Shown: piece by piece, positions 1 through 11,199 of the stretch
Position numbering within the stretch: position 1 is the first letter of the stretch
How the letters are laid out: each line of letters opens with the position of its first letter
Origin: Emiliania huxleyi CCMP1516
Lineage: Eukaryota
Assembly (NCBI RefSeq): GCF_000372725.1
Contig: NW_005202428.1
Coordinates: 586,679-650,678 of the forward strand
DNA: 64,000 bases
Direction of reading: 5' to 3'
Position numbers and translations under genes: made by a program
Notes under the pieces: model-generated
What the model saw: only the letters and a program-made list of their open reading frames with translations
Databases searched by the model: none
What the model was told of the DNA's origin: nothing

Positions 1-287
1 AAGTTCCACGCCGAGAGGACCTGCTTGTTGGCGATCGAGTAGACGATCGAGAAGAGGTACCAGCACGTGAAGGCGAGCGGGATCTTGAGCTGGCGCAGCA
101 GCTTTGGCGAGCCGGCCCCGCCCTGCAGCCGCCGCACCGCAGCGCGGCCCTCGTTGACAGGCCGCGGCGCATTGAGCCCGTCGAGGCGCCGCCGCTGCTG
201 CAGCGCCGAGCGTGGCGCGGGTCGATCGGCCGAAGCAGCGCCGAGCAACGCTGCGACGACGGCGAGAGTGGTGTATCTCAGCCTCAT
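1..287 (-). CDS. Triose-phosphate/phosphate translocator (TPT) family protein, N-terminal part; runs off the window edge
   Basis: Manual translation from ATG at 287: MRLRYTTLAVVAALLGAASA (signal peptide), a transit-like linker, then LAFTCWYLFSIVYSIANKQVL, matching the TPT first-helix W-Y..N/S..NK motif. Confidence 0.7.
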   Translation of the reverse strand, partial: MRLRYTTLAVVAALLGAASADRPAPRSALQQRRRLDGLNAPRPVNEGRAAVRRLQGGAGSPKLLRQLKIPLAFTCWYLFSIVYSIANKQVLSAWN

Positions 288-1668
288 GTCGCTGGAAACG
301 ATAGCAAAAAAAATAACGCACGGGCCCTCAGCGGAGCTGGGAATAGGACCGCCGCGAGCGGCGTGGCGTGGAGCGGTTGAGCATCCCTCCGGGGGCCCCT
401 CTGCGCCGGGGAGGCGTTGTTGGAGGCTAGGACGCAAGCGTCCGTCGCCCTTTTTCAAACTCGGGGCCCACTCCGCTACGCTCCGACCCGAATTTGGAGG
501 GCCTAAAAGTTTAAGGTGTTGCTGCGCAAAAGGGGAAGACGCTCCACGCACAAAAAGTATATGTATCAGTTCTTACGAACGTACTTCCTCTTAGGCGGAC
601 CCTCCCGATGCCAGTAACTTGCGGTTGTGAACAGGGTCGTTTAGAGGAATAACGTGAACTCGATCGTAGTGTAGGCCCAGCCCATCAGAGAATCGAGGCC
701 ACTGGCCTCTGCTCCCGCCTGGGATCGCCCATTGCGACCCAGAGCTAAGAGAGACATCGCGAAAACCGCGCCAATAAGTTGTTGCCGATAAGTTCGCCCA
801 ACGGCGGCGCGGCGTGCAATAATTGCAAATAGGAAACCGCGCCAGACCGGCGGCGCCGAAGTGGAACGGCGCCTCGCACGGCGGACACCAGCAATATTAA
901 TAATTGACTTGAGCCGCCATGGTAGGACGCCGCCCTGAATGATGACGGCAAAGCAACCCGAATAATAATAGCCATTGCTCCCTCAGTGTAAACGACTGTG
1001 AATACCGAACTCCCCCATTCACACCTAGTCACCGTGGCCCAACTGGGGTCAAGCCTGCAGGACGCATGCGGCCAACAACGCTATTCGTGCGGAAGAGCCA
1101 CTGCAAGCGGACTGTGCCCCCTGAGCCAATGCGGCGGCGAATTGCAAAGCGCATACAAAAGTCGGGGTCGCAGAGAGCGTCGCGCAGCAGTTGAGCATGC
1201 TCGTCGGTCGCGTTGTTTAGGACGCCACGCCAATTATCTGCGCGCCCATCTGTTGCCTGGCATCCCCGGCGAATTCGTCGCTCGTGATCAGCTCCGCTGC
1301 CGCTCGGAGCAACCAGTGCCGTGTCGAGATGAAGCTCCGCGACGACGCCCGTGGACTGCACGCGCAGGGAGAGGCGCATGAGCTCCCGCACGGCAAGCGA
1401 CTTCTCGGCATGCGCCGCCTGACCGCTGACGCCTGTCGGCATCCCATTCTTGCAAGCAAGCCATTTCTACCGACCGCGTATTTGGTCGCGGAGAGGACGT
1501 TTTGGTACGTTTTGGCACCAGCTGAAGGCTTGCGTCCGCAAAAGCCCGTTGCCAACCCCCTTTTTGCCGGAGTCTCGCGAATCAATTGGCCTCCGCTCAA
1601 GGTGTGAACATATTCGCTGCGGTCAAAAACTAAGCTGCCTGTGGTCGTTCTCAGGGCGGCTCGCACAG

Positions 1669-1738
1669 CGCCCACACACGCACACACGCACACGCACACG
1701 CACACGCACGCGCACGCGCACACGCACACGCACGCACG

Positions 1739-1782
<44 letters not shown>
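1669..1782. repeat. (CA)n/(CACG)n microsatellite
   Basis: Directly visible tandem repeat. Confidence 0.95.
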
Positions 1783-1783
<1 letters not shown>

Positions 1784-3083
1784 GAATCCTTATCAGCTGG
1801 TCGGCCGCCATTCGGGCCTCCCGGCCTGCTGCGGCGGCGCGGCCGGTCGGTCGAGGCCCCGGGCTCGGCCCGGCCCGCGACGGCTGGCCGCCGACGAGCG
1901 CGCTCGCGCTGCTCGTCAAGATGGCGGCGGTGGCGATTGCGGCGACGGTCGTTCAGCGTCGTACAGCGCTCAGGCGTCTGTCATCTGTCGTCTGTTGTCG
2001 CATTTCGCACGCGCGCGCGCCGCGCGACCCGCGTCGCTCCGCGAGGGCATGAGCCTTCCGCGATTCGATCCCGCAGCGGCCGACTCTACCATCGCGGCCG
2101 CAGCTGTGTTGAGCTCTCCAGAAGACTGGTGCGGAACGCCTTCTCTTGCCGCACGTCGCGCGCCTCGGCCCTGAGCAGGCGCAGCATGAAGTCGCGCTGC
2201 GGGTTCTCCGGGCAGATAGCCTCCTCCCACAGCGTGGTCTTGGGATCCACGCGGGCATAGAACTGGCGGCGAGCCATGCGGCGCGCAACTCCCTTGGGCA
2301 AGGGAGAAACGGGAAAAAGAAAAATCGTTCGGAGTATGGGGACGCCTGCAATTTGACTGCATGCATCGCAATCACACGCAATCAACGCAATCCCAGTGGG
2401 ATACTGGGATTGCTCTCGCGCCCACTCTCGATTGCACCTCGCCCCGTGTTTTTTTTTCACCAACCGCGAAGAAGAAATCCAGCCGGATTGGCCGCCGAAA
2501 AAGAAATCCACACTGGCACTCCGCGGTTTCTTTTTCCCGTCCCCTACCTTCACACTGCTGTGAACAAGTCCCGAACCCATACTGTGACCTCAGAGCATAT
2601 GCTGCCTCCCTGCGGATGCTGCCGGCGAGCCTGGCGGTCCGCTGTACTACAAGGAAGTGTTGACTCTTCTACCTCGAATTCTTCTACACCCACGACTCGG
2701 AACGCGAATGTGACAGGACCATCGGGTGTCCTTCAGCCACCAAAGTGAGATCACCCGAGAGCACGGCTGAGCCTGCCTCTGGCCTCGCCTCCCTCTCCTT
2801 CAGGCATTCGTGGCATCCTATGGGTCGTCCGCAGAGTATCAACCTCTGGCGAGTCCCCAGCCAGCCCCACTTTGAGGGCGCCATGAAGTACAGCGATCGC
2901 CACCTCGCTGGCCTCTCCGCAGGCCCCCCGGGCCCCCCGACCGCGTCGAACTCATCGGCGCGGGCTCTCTCGGCTACGGGACCGGCCCCAGCTTCGGCTG
3001 AGGGCTGACAAGCTGCCGAGCCCAAATCACTGTGACAGGCGTGATTTCTTGTTGGTTGTAAAATTCTTGTTGGTTTTCTAAAA

Positions 3084-3116
<33 letters not shown>

Positions 3117-3289
3117 CATGCACAGACACACAGCCCCTTCCCCTTCCCCCTCAAGACCTCGAGGACGAGGTCGAGGACACACACAGGACGCACCTCTAGC
3201 GAGGCCCGCATAGTATGTGGGCGAGACTCCTGCCGCCGCCGCTGCCACCCCTGTCAGTGTGCCTGTGGTTGCGAGAGACTGCCAGTGAG

Positions 3290-3630
3290 AAGCTGGAGGC
3301 AGGTCGCTAGACTGAGATGAGACTGCCAGTGGGGAGTTGGGATTCCACCGTGCACCGCGCTGCGAGCCTGTCGTGTCCCTTGTCAGGAGCAGGAGAGCCC
3401 CACCTGTGCCCCTGATCGTCGTTCCAAAATCCTGCTCGTGCAGGTGGGGACCCTGTCCTCGTCCCATCCCTCGTTTGGCGTGTCTGTTTTCTTTCTTTCT
3501 TTCTTTACTCTTGGCAGGTGGGGACCCTGTCCTCCTCCCCCATCCCTCGTTTGGGCTGTCTGTTTTCTTTCTTTCTTTCTTTTGGGCACGGGACTGGCGC
3601 GCACTGGCAACTAACACAGGTACACAAACG
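3290..3630. repeat. Dispersed repeat (non-autonomous element-like); inverted copy at about 28200-28445
   Basis: gggattccaccgtgcaccgcgctgcgagcctgtcgtgtcccttgtcaggagcaggagagccccacctgt is present as its reverse complement at about 28320-28388. The block has an internal duplication (caggtggggaccctgtcctc...catccctcgtttgg). Confidence 0.85.
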
Positions 3631-4001
3631 GGAGCCGCCTAAGCGACTCCCACGAGGGCGGCGAGGCACTTAGCTCCGTGCACCCGCCCGCCCCCGCCAC
3701 AGGTGGCAAGCGCATTCACAATCTGCTCTACGCTGCTTCTGCAGGACTGCAGCCCCAGGCCCCAGCCAGTCCAAAAGTCACCTCATCGAGGGTATTGGGC
3801 CCGCGTCAGCTTGTTCTGTAGCACGCACGTCCGCCGCCTTCCAGAAGGATCTCGCGGACCCCCTTCCCGAACCCGAAATTCAAGATTGGTTTTCTGTTTC
3901 TATCTTTCTTTTGCAGACGCGGTCGGTGTTTGATCCCTTGGTTCGTAACATGTCGCGATCGGCGAGCAGCGAGCAGGGTGGCGTGGGGCGCTGCCCCTCA
4001 C

Positions 4002-5705
4002 TCATGCCCGCTCGGCCACCTCCGCCCGGACCTTCTCGAGCTCCGTGTCGCGCGCCGCCACCGTCCCTTTGAGCTCCGCCACCTGGTCGAGCGCGTCGCC
4101 GAGCAGCCCCTTGGCCACGCCGAGGTCGCGCAGCTGCTCCACGCCGCCGCTTGCCCGCACCTCGGCGGCGTGGTCGGCCACGTAGCGGCGGCACTGCGCA
4201 AGGAGCCGCCCGTCGCCCGTCGCGTGCGCCGCCTCGAGCAGCGGCACGGCGCTCGCCGGCCCTACGCTCTCCTGCAGCGCCTGCGCGCAGAGCAGCTCGA
4301 GGCGCGGCACCTGGTACATCTGCGCCAGCTCCCGCAGCACGAGCGCGCGCCGCGCCTGCTCGCCCTCCCCCTCGCCGAGGTCGAGCTGGTCGGTGCAGAG
4401 GTAGTCGATGAAGGCGGTGAAGCTGGCGAGGTCCGTCTTGGGCACCGTGATCTCGGCGGCGTCGCGCTCCTTCATGCCGATGCCAAACATCTTCCCATAG
4501 TACTCGGACCGCACGCAGAGCAGGTTCTTGCTCACGTGCTCGATGCGCTGCTCCTCCTTTCCGACCACGAAAGTGACCGGGCCGTGCGGCAAAGAGGCGT
4601 CGCCCCGCGTCTTCTTCATGTCGGCAAAGAAGGTCGAGGGCGGCACCACAATCGGCGCAAAGGAGGGAGGCGGAGGCGCAGCCACGCAGACCTGGCGGAG
4701 AGCCGTCGCTCCCGAGCGGACCAAAAGAGTGCTGCCGTCGGGGCTGAGGGCGACGCCAACTGGGCGCTTGAACTCCGCCGCGCCGCCCACGCCATCCGCC
4801 CTGCCCTTGGCGCCGCTGCCTGCGACAGTCGTCACCGCGCCCGTCGCCACCTCCACCCGCCGGATCTTGTGGTTGTTGTAGTCCGCCACAAACAGCGCGC
4901 CGCCGTCGGGGCTGATGGCGATGCTGGCTGGGCCGTTGAACTGCGCCGCGCCGCCCACGCCATCAACGCTGCCAGCAGCGAACCCCCTGCCTGCGACAGT
5001 CGTCACCGCGCCCGTCGCCACCTCCACGCGCCGGATCTTGTGGCTGCCGAAGTCCGCCACAAACAGCGCGCTGCCGTCGGGGCTGATGGTGACGCCGTGT
5101 GGGCCGTTGAACTGCGCCGCGTCGCCCATGCCATCCGCGCTGCCCTTGGCGCCGCTGCCGGCGAGCGTGCTCACCGCGCCCGTCGCCACCTCCACCCGCC
5201 GGATCTTGTGGTTCCAGAACTCTGCCACGAATAGGGCGCCGCCGTCGGGGATGATGGCGATGCCAACTGGGCGACTGAACTGCGCCGCGTCGCCCACGCC
5301 ATCCGCGTCGCCGTTTCCGCCGCTGCCCGCGAGCGTAGTCACAGCGCCCGTCGCCACCTCCACCCGCAGGATCTTGTGGCCGCCGAAGTCCGCCAAAAAC
5401 AGCGCGCTACCGTCGGGGCTGAGGGCGATACCGCAGCAACCCTCGCAGGTCGCGACGGTGCGGATGCGCCCGGCCGCCGACACGTGCAGCGCCGAGGCAG
5501 GAGTCGTGACGTACCAGCCGCCCGCGCGATCGCTTGCGACGGCAAACAGCTTTTGCGATGCCAGAGGGCCGTCCTCGCCCTCGAGCGCCAGCGTGGTGAC
5601 CTGTCCGACGACGCGGGCGCCAAAGATGGGCGCCTCGAAGCCATCCGCGATCTCGCCGTAAATCTCGCCCTCGCCGGCGGTGCGGGCGCGCTTTCGGGGG
5701 GACAT
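4002..5705 (-). CDS. NHL-repeat beta-propeller + BTB/POZ domain protein
   Basis: 567-aa ORF with near-identical repeats 'F..P.GIAISPDGSALFVAD..NHKIRRVEVATGAVTTLAGSG', then a BTB domain 'VTFVVG...HVSKNLLCVRSEYYGKMF...FIDYLCTD...LAQMYQVPRLELLC' and a C-terminal coiled coil. Confidence 0.9.
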   Translation of the reverse strand: MSPRKRARTAGEGEIYGEIADGFEAPIFGARVVGQVTTLALEGEDGPLASQKLFAVASDRAGGWYVTTPASALHVSAAGRIRTVATCEGCCGIALSPDGSALFLADFGGHKILRVEVATGAVTTLAGSGGNGDADGVGDAAQFSRPVGIAIIPDGGALFVAEFWNHKIRRVEVATGAVSTLAGSGAKGSADGMGDAAQFNGPHGVTISPDGSALFVADFGSHKIRRVEVATGAVTTVAGRGFAAGSVDGVGGAAQFNGPASIAISPDGGALFVADYNNHKIRRVEVATGAVTTVAGSGAKGRADGVGGAAEFKRPVGVALSPDGSTLLVRSGATALRQVCVAAPPPPSFAPIVVPPSTFFADMKKTRGDASLPHGPVTFVVGKEEQRIEHVSKNLLCVRSEYYGKMFGIGMKERDAAEITVPKTDLASFTAFIDYLCTDQLDLGEGEGEQARRALVLRELAQMYQVPRLELLCAQALQESVGPASAVPLLEAAHATGDGRLLAQCRRYVADHAAEVRASGGVEQLRDLGVAKGLLGDALDQVAELKGTVAARDTELEKVRAEVAERA

Positions 5706-6003
5706 ATGAGTCCAGGCGGCGCCGTTGCAGGTTCGGTCCTAAGCATGTGCGGTTCGGTGTGGTTCTCTCGCGTCCACCCCTACCGCGCTGGTGTCCAGTC
5801 CGGGCTGACTGTTCTTCCCCACCTTCCTCTACCTACTACCTAACCTCCACCCGCGGCCGGCGCGGCAGCGCGACAGCCGACACACATTTTTTTAGCCTGG
5901 TGGGATTACGTCTTGCCGCGGTGGCGGTGCGTTCGCACATCAGTTGCTACATACAGAGACACCCGGAGATGAAAACGGAACGCCCCCGCCTGAGCCTCTA
6001 CTC

Positions 6004-7170
6004 TCAGCGCGGTAGCTGAAACGTTAGCTCTCGCTCCCCCATCCGGCACACCACCTCGCGGGAGCGCAGGGCGTGCCCCGCCAGCCGAGCCGCCCGCAGC
6101 TCGCCCGAGCCACCCGCCCCGACTCCACAAGCACCGAACTCGCTCCTGCTTCCACCGCCGCCGCCGCCGCCGCCGCTCCCGCCGCTCCTGCCGCCGCCGC
6201 CGCCGCCGCCGCCCGCCCTCGGCCCCTTGCAGAGCCCGAGAGGAGAGAGCGCCCACGCGACCGAGAAGTGGAGCCTGTGCGAGATTCCCCGAGATCCCCC
6301 GAGATCCCCCGAGATTCCCCGAGATTGAGCACGCGACCGAGAGGTGGAGGCTGTGCGTGCCGGGTCGCCGCCGGGTCACAACCCTCCCGCGCAATTTGCG
6401 AGAGGAGAGGGAGGCCGCGAGGAGGGAAACGGGCCTGTCTCCCGGCTGTGTCTCGGCTGTGTCTCGGCTGTCTCCCGGCTGTGTCTCGGCTGTGTCTCGG
6501 CTGTCTCCCGGCTGTCTCTCGGCTGTGTCTCGGCTGTCTCCCGGCTGTCTCTCGGCTGTCTCCCGGCTGTCTCTCGGCTGTCTCCCGGCTGTCTCTCGGC
6601 TACATCTCGGCGCCGCCGCTCCGCGTAGAAAGCTTCTCCGCCGTACGCCGTGACGACTCGGTCGACCGCATCGACCAGCGCGCCTACTCTCGCGCAAGCT
6701 CGGGCAGACCTCTAGGCCAGCCGTGAACCTGCCTCCGACCGGCGCGTCCTCCCGCGCACCTATACCACATGCAAGGCGGTGAGCAGAGACAGAGACGACG
6801 GACCGGAGGCCGAAACAATGCGACCCGACGCGCCCGCCGCCCCGCCGCCTGCCACAGCGGCCGACCCAGCACCGCCGCCGCCGCCGCCGCCGGCGGAGTC
6901 GCGCACCTTATTGTACATGTCACATCAAAGATCTGAGAGGAGCTGCGGGGGAGACGGCGGAGAGGCTAATCTCGGGGCGATCTCGGGGCGATCTCGGCGC
7001 GATCTCGGCGCGATCTCGGCGTGATCTCGCGCGCCTCGACGGCGGCGAAGAAGCGCGTGCGGCTGTCGTTTGCGAGCTCGCAGAGCGAACCGCTCTGCAG
7101 GGTGGGGGCGGCGCACCTGCGTGTGTGTGAGGTGTGTGTGTGAGGTGTGTGTGTGAGGTGTGTGTGCGTG

Positions 7171-7210
<40 letters not shown>

Positions 7211-7774
7211 TGTGTGTGAGTGTGCGTGTGCGTGTGTGTGTGCGTGTGCGTGTGCGTGTGCGTGCGTGCGCGTGTGCGTGCGTGTGCGTGTGTGTGTGCG
7301 TGTGCCGTGTGTTGCGTCATAGAGCGGTGCTCGCCTCTTGAGCGCGAATCTGAGCGCTTCGGCAAAGGCGTCAAGCTGCGGTCGCCGCAATGTGAGCGTG
7401 CGGGAGAGCGAGACGTGGTACTCGGACGCGGCCAGCCTCTGTACGCCCGGCCGACACCCCGCGTCGCCTTGCGCCCCGCAGCCCAGCCGTGCCACCGCGG
7501 CGTCAATCTCCCCCTGCAGGGCGGTCCCGGGGCGGAGGGGCAAGAAGACGTGCGTCGCGTACTGCCCGTCGACGTGCGGAAACTGGCGCACCGGGCGCGG
7601 AGCCTCGTCCGCCTGAGGGGAGTCGAGCGGCGGCGGCGGCAACTCGATTGGCGGCGACGGCAGGCGATGCAGCGGCGGAGGAGGCGGCGCCGCACGCGGC
7701 CGCTTGGACGCCGGGGCAGAGTCGCCGGGGTCCGAGCTGCCGCTATCCGAGTCGTAGTTCGCGAGCTGGTCCAT
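6004..7774 (-). CDS. USB1: U6 snRNA phosphodiesterase (HVSL/2H domain), multi-exon
   Basis: MDQLANYDSDS start, RQFPHVDGQYATHVF, EYHVSLSRT (first HxS), RLHFSVAW (second HxS, about 6250-6274), C-terminus VVCRMGERELTFQLPR* ending at 6004. Introns contain microsatellites and minisatellites. Confidence 0.85.
6436..6612. repeat. Intronic 11-bp minisatellite (ctcggctgtct/cccggctgtct)
   Basis: Directly visible tandem array inside a USB1 intron. Confidence 0.9.
7119..7310. repeat. (GT)n/(GTGC)n microsatellite in a USB1 intron
   Basis: Directly visible. Confidence 0.95.
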
Positions 7775-9642
7775 GGATATGTGGGACTGAGCGCAGCCTG
7801 GGGCAGCTGCGAGGTGCCTTTGGCACCAGGCGCGGAGGCGACTGGAAAAAGCGAGCGGAGAAGACTGGAAAAAAACAATTTCGCTCCTGACATCGAAGGC
7901 TAAGCTCAAAAAAAACAGCTCCGAAGAACGCTCAGGATGTGTGGCAGCCACGTTGGCTGAGTGTCTTGAGCGTTCTTCGGAAGCTGCCACACGCCATTGG
8001 AGCGACACACAGAACCACCCATACCGCGTTGGAGAGAGAGAGATTGTTCCGCGTTGGTGTCCCAGGGCACAGGACGCGGGATGGCTTAGCGTTCGAGCAG
8101 TCACACATTGGCTGCTGGGGTGTGCGTCCCGAGGGGGGGCTGGGTGGGCGGTAAGCCGTCATTGCCCGGTGCTGCTTGCAGCGCTCCGGGTGGTGGTGGC
8201 GGCGGGCAACATTTTTCTTTCTTCTGCTGCCGTCCCTGGTGGTTCTGTCGTGCTCAAGCTGTGCTCTGCTCCGAGTTGGCGACAGCGGAGATATGCGCTT
8301 TGCACTCGCCTTAACATTCGTCACTGCTGTCTTTTACGAGCCGTTGCGGTTCGCTCTAACAGCTCTCGTTCCGTGGCTGGAGGGTGAGCTGCCAATCTGG
8401 CACGAGCGGATAGACGCCAGCGATGGATAGTCAGTCAACGGCACAGCTAACCGCTGCAGAATCGGTTAACGCCATACAGCTGCGCCGCCATCATCGCTAG
8501 TCGCCGGTCTGAGCCAACTTCCGCTGCTCGTGCACATCACTGCGTCTCCGCGTTCTGCGGGCACAACGCTGGGCACGGGTCATGAGCAAGCGAGCAACGG
8601 GTGGGATAAGGTGGTCCATCTCCGACGAGGAGAACGCCGATGGGGCCAGTTGAGGACGGACCAGTTCAGGGCGGGACCGTCCAGGCTCGTTGAGGGCGCG
8701 AGAGAGGCGACACACTTGTCAAGTCTGAACCAGAGTACCACCTTCGTACGTTCCATCTGGGTGCCGCACTTCCCGATCCTGAGCTGTGCCCCCCGAGAAG
8801 AGAAGCACTCCTAGTGATTAGGTTTTCATTCTGCATAAACTTGCAGCGCCGGCCACGAGCCAGTCTCGTGCCGCACAGAACGTGTGGACTGTGCTCTCGC
8901 TATGTGCCGCGCGGAGAGACCGCGCCGCGGCTCTCCAGGTACCACACCGCACCCATCCATCTCGCGTCATATTATGCATCTCGCGTGCGACTCCTCAGTG
9001 GCGTCTTGGGAACGCCGTTCCCATCGCCCTCCTCTGTGCTGTGGCGAGAGCCTGCGCGCTGGCGTAGTCGGTAGGGGGTAGACAGCGCCCCAATTTGGCG
9101 CCCAATGCCCAAAATCCACCAGTGTGGGATTTCGCGCAATCGCTTGACTCTGAAAAGCTCGCTATGTACCCGGGTACCTCCTGCGAGCGCTGTGATCGCC
9201 GCAGACTGGCTCCGACTTGACGGCGGCATGGAGACGTGAAGCCTCCGTGTGTGTGTGTGCTCTCCTTGCCGTTAGGGGGCACCTTTGTTTCTGCAACCCA
9301 ACACCATATTGTTGGTCGCTGTGTCACAGTCTTCACACTACACAATGGATGGGTAGAGAGTAGTTTACGCGCAACTCTACCCCGACTGCCACACCCACGG
9401 AGCGCGCGGCCGCCGTCTTCACACTTCAGTCCGCCTTCCCCTTGGTCTTCCCCTGCCCCCTCCCCGCCCCTCGCCGGGCATGGCGACGGCGGCAGCAGCA
9501 GGGCGCCTAAGAGGAGGTAGAGGTGAAGGTAAACCTGCCATCGACGAAGCCAGCCCCCACAAAAGGCAGGACAGCGAGGCCCACGGCATCCAAGGACCAC
9601 ATCCAATGAGCGCGGGTGAGAAGAGAGAAGCTCCTCCCCACA

Positions 9643-11151
9643 TCAACACGAACGCACCTGCGGGCGTGCGCGCACGCAGCCAAAGAGGTCGCAGCACGCG
9701 AGGGCGAGCAGGAGGGTGAGAAGAAGCGGCACAAGCCGCATCCAAATCGCGGGCGGCGGCGGGATGTGCAGCGTAAACGCGCCGCTGCCGTGGTTGACGA
9801 TCACCTCGACGGCGCGTCGCATGTCGCTCCGCCTCTGATTCAGTTCCATGACCTGCCTCGAGCGCGCCGCAAAGGGTTCGCCCGCGATACGCCGCACCGC
9901 CTCGACGAGCTCGCTTGACGGCGCATTTTTGCGGACGAGGACGCCGACGCCGAGCTCCTGCTGCGCCCTCGCGACCGCCATCTGGTCGCCAAAGAAAGGC
10001 ATGATGGCCATCGGCTTGCCGAGCATCAGCGCCTCGTTGACGCTGTTGGCGCCGCCGTGCGAGAGGAAGCCAAAGACCGCGCCGTGCGTCAGCACTGCGC
10101 GCTGCGGCGCGAAGCTCGTCACGAGCACCCGCGACGGCAGCGGTAGGGTGGGCCTCGCCTTGGTCGCCCACAGCACGTGCATCTCGCTTGCCTCCTCAAA
10201 GGCGCCCGCAAGCAGCCGCATCATCGGCTCGGAGGGAGAGATCTCGGAGCCGAAGGCGACGTAGAGCACGCGCTGCCCTGCGGCGAGACGCGCGTCGAGC
10301 CACTCGATGATCCGCGCCGCGTCGTCCGACTTTGCGATCGAGTTGCCTCCCAGGCCGGGGTGATCGAGGATCCCGACCATGAAGGTGTACGGCCCGAGCA
10401 AGCTTGGGCTGCCAGCCGTGAGCTCGGGCAGGGTCTGCAGGAGTAGCGGGTGCTGCAGCACGCAGTCAAACTCCCACGGCTCGAGCGGCCGCGGGTGGCC
10501 GATACGGAACCGGTGGATCGAGTTGACGACGGAGCCGAGGCGAAGCGTGAAGAAGGAGAAGAGCCGGACGCCAAAGTTGGCCAGCAGGGTAGGGAGGCTG
10601 CCGTACACCTCTTCGCGTGAGTGAATGGAGCCGCAGTTGGGCTCGAGGCTCCACGGAAGCTCATTCTGCACCGTCAAAAAGGATGGTGTAGCCCAGCCGA
10701 CGCCGACAACGGGGATGCCGAGCGCCTCGCCGAGCGCGTAGAGCGACGGGTAGATGAAGGAGACGCAGAGCACGTCCGGCTTGAGCTCGAGTAGAACTCG
10801 CCTGGCTGGCAGTAGCATCTGGCCGGCGATGAGGTTGCCGAGCAGCGGGATGACCAAGTTGGTGAAGAGCTGCGCGACCGAGTACGGGAGCTCCTGGATC
10901 ATGCCCATGCCTCGCTTCTTGGGTTCGCCATCCGCAGGCACCGATGCTTCTAGCGCCCGAGTGTGGGCCTGTGGCACGAGTTTGGCGATCTTGGCCACGG
11001 TGTCGGCGAGTCCGAGAAAAGTCACCTCGTGGCCTTGGTCGAGCAGCTCATGAGCGATCGGGAGCATCGGAACGTAATGGGAGGCAGGCGGTGCGATGAA
11101 GGCCACCCGGAGGGCCGCTGCAATCGGCAGGATGAGGGTGCGAGGGAGCAT
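9643..11151 (-). CDS. UDP-glycosyltransferase (GT1/UGT family), membrane-anchored
   Basis: MLPRTLILPIAAALRVAF..ASHYVPM..HELLDQGHEVT; VLYVAFGS; UGT signature FAPQRAVLTHGAVFGFLSHGGANSVNEALMLGKPMAIMPFFGDQ; C-terminal TM helix. Confidence 0.9.
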   Translation of the reverse strand: MLPRTLILPIAAALRVAFIAPPASHYVPMLPIAHELLDQGHEVTFLGLADTVAKIAKLVPQAHTRALEASVPADGEPKKRGMGMIQELPYSVAQLFTNLVIPLLGNLIAGQMLLPARRVLLELKPDVLCVSFIYPSLYALGEALGIPVVGVGWATPSFLTVQNELPWSLEPNCGSIHSREEVYGSLPTLLANFGVRLFSFFTLRLGSVVNSIHRFRIGHPRPLEPWEFDCVLQHPLLLQTLPELTAGSPSLLGPYTFMVGILDHPGLGGNSIAKSDDAARIIEWLDARLAAGQRVLYVAFGSEISPSEPMMRLLAGAFEEASEMHVLWATKARPTLPLPSRVLVTSFAPQRAVLTHGAVFGFLSHGGANSVNEALMLGKPMAIMPFFGDQMAVARAQQELGVGVLVRKNAPSSELVEAVRRIAGEPFAARSRQVMELNQRRSDMRRAVEVIVNHGSGAFTLHIPPPPAIWMRLVPLLLTLLLALACCDLFGCVRARPQVRSC

Positions 11152-11199
11152 GTCTGCGTAGGATGGCTCGGGGAGGCCCGTGGCGCCGTGATCGGCAAG

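Noticed and set aside
600..3010. Several short ORFs (for example 1284..1607, 2086..2280 and 2684..3000)
   Set aside because: Some coding-like bias, but no recognisable motif or consistent gene model.
8290..8810. Possible sulfotransferase remnant (HITASPRSAGTTLG)
   Set aside because: One weak motif in short broken ORFs; not supportable.
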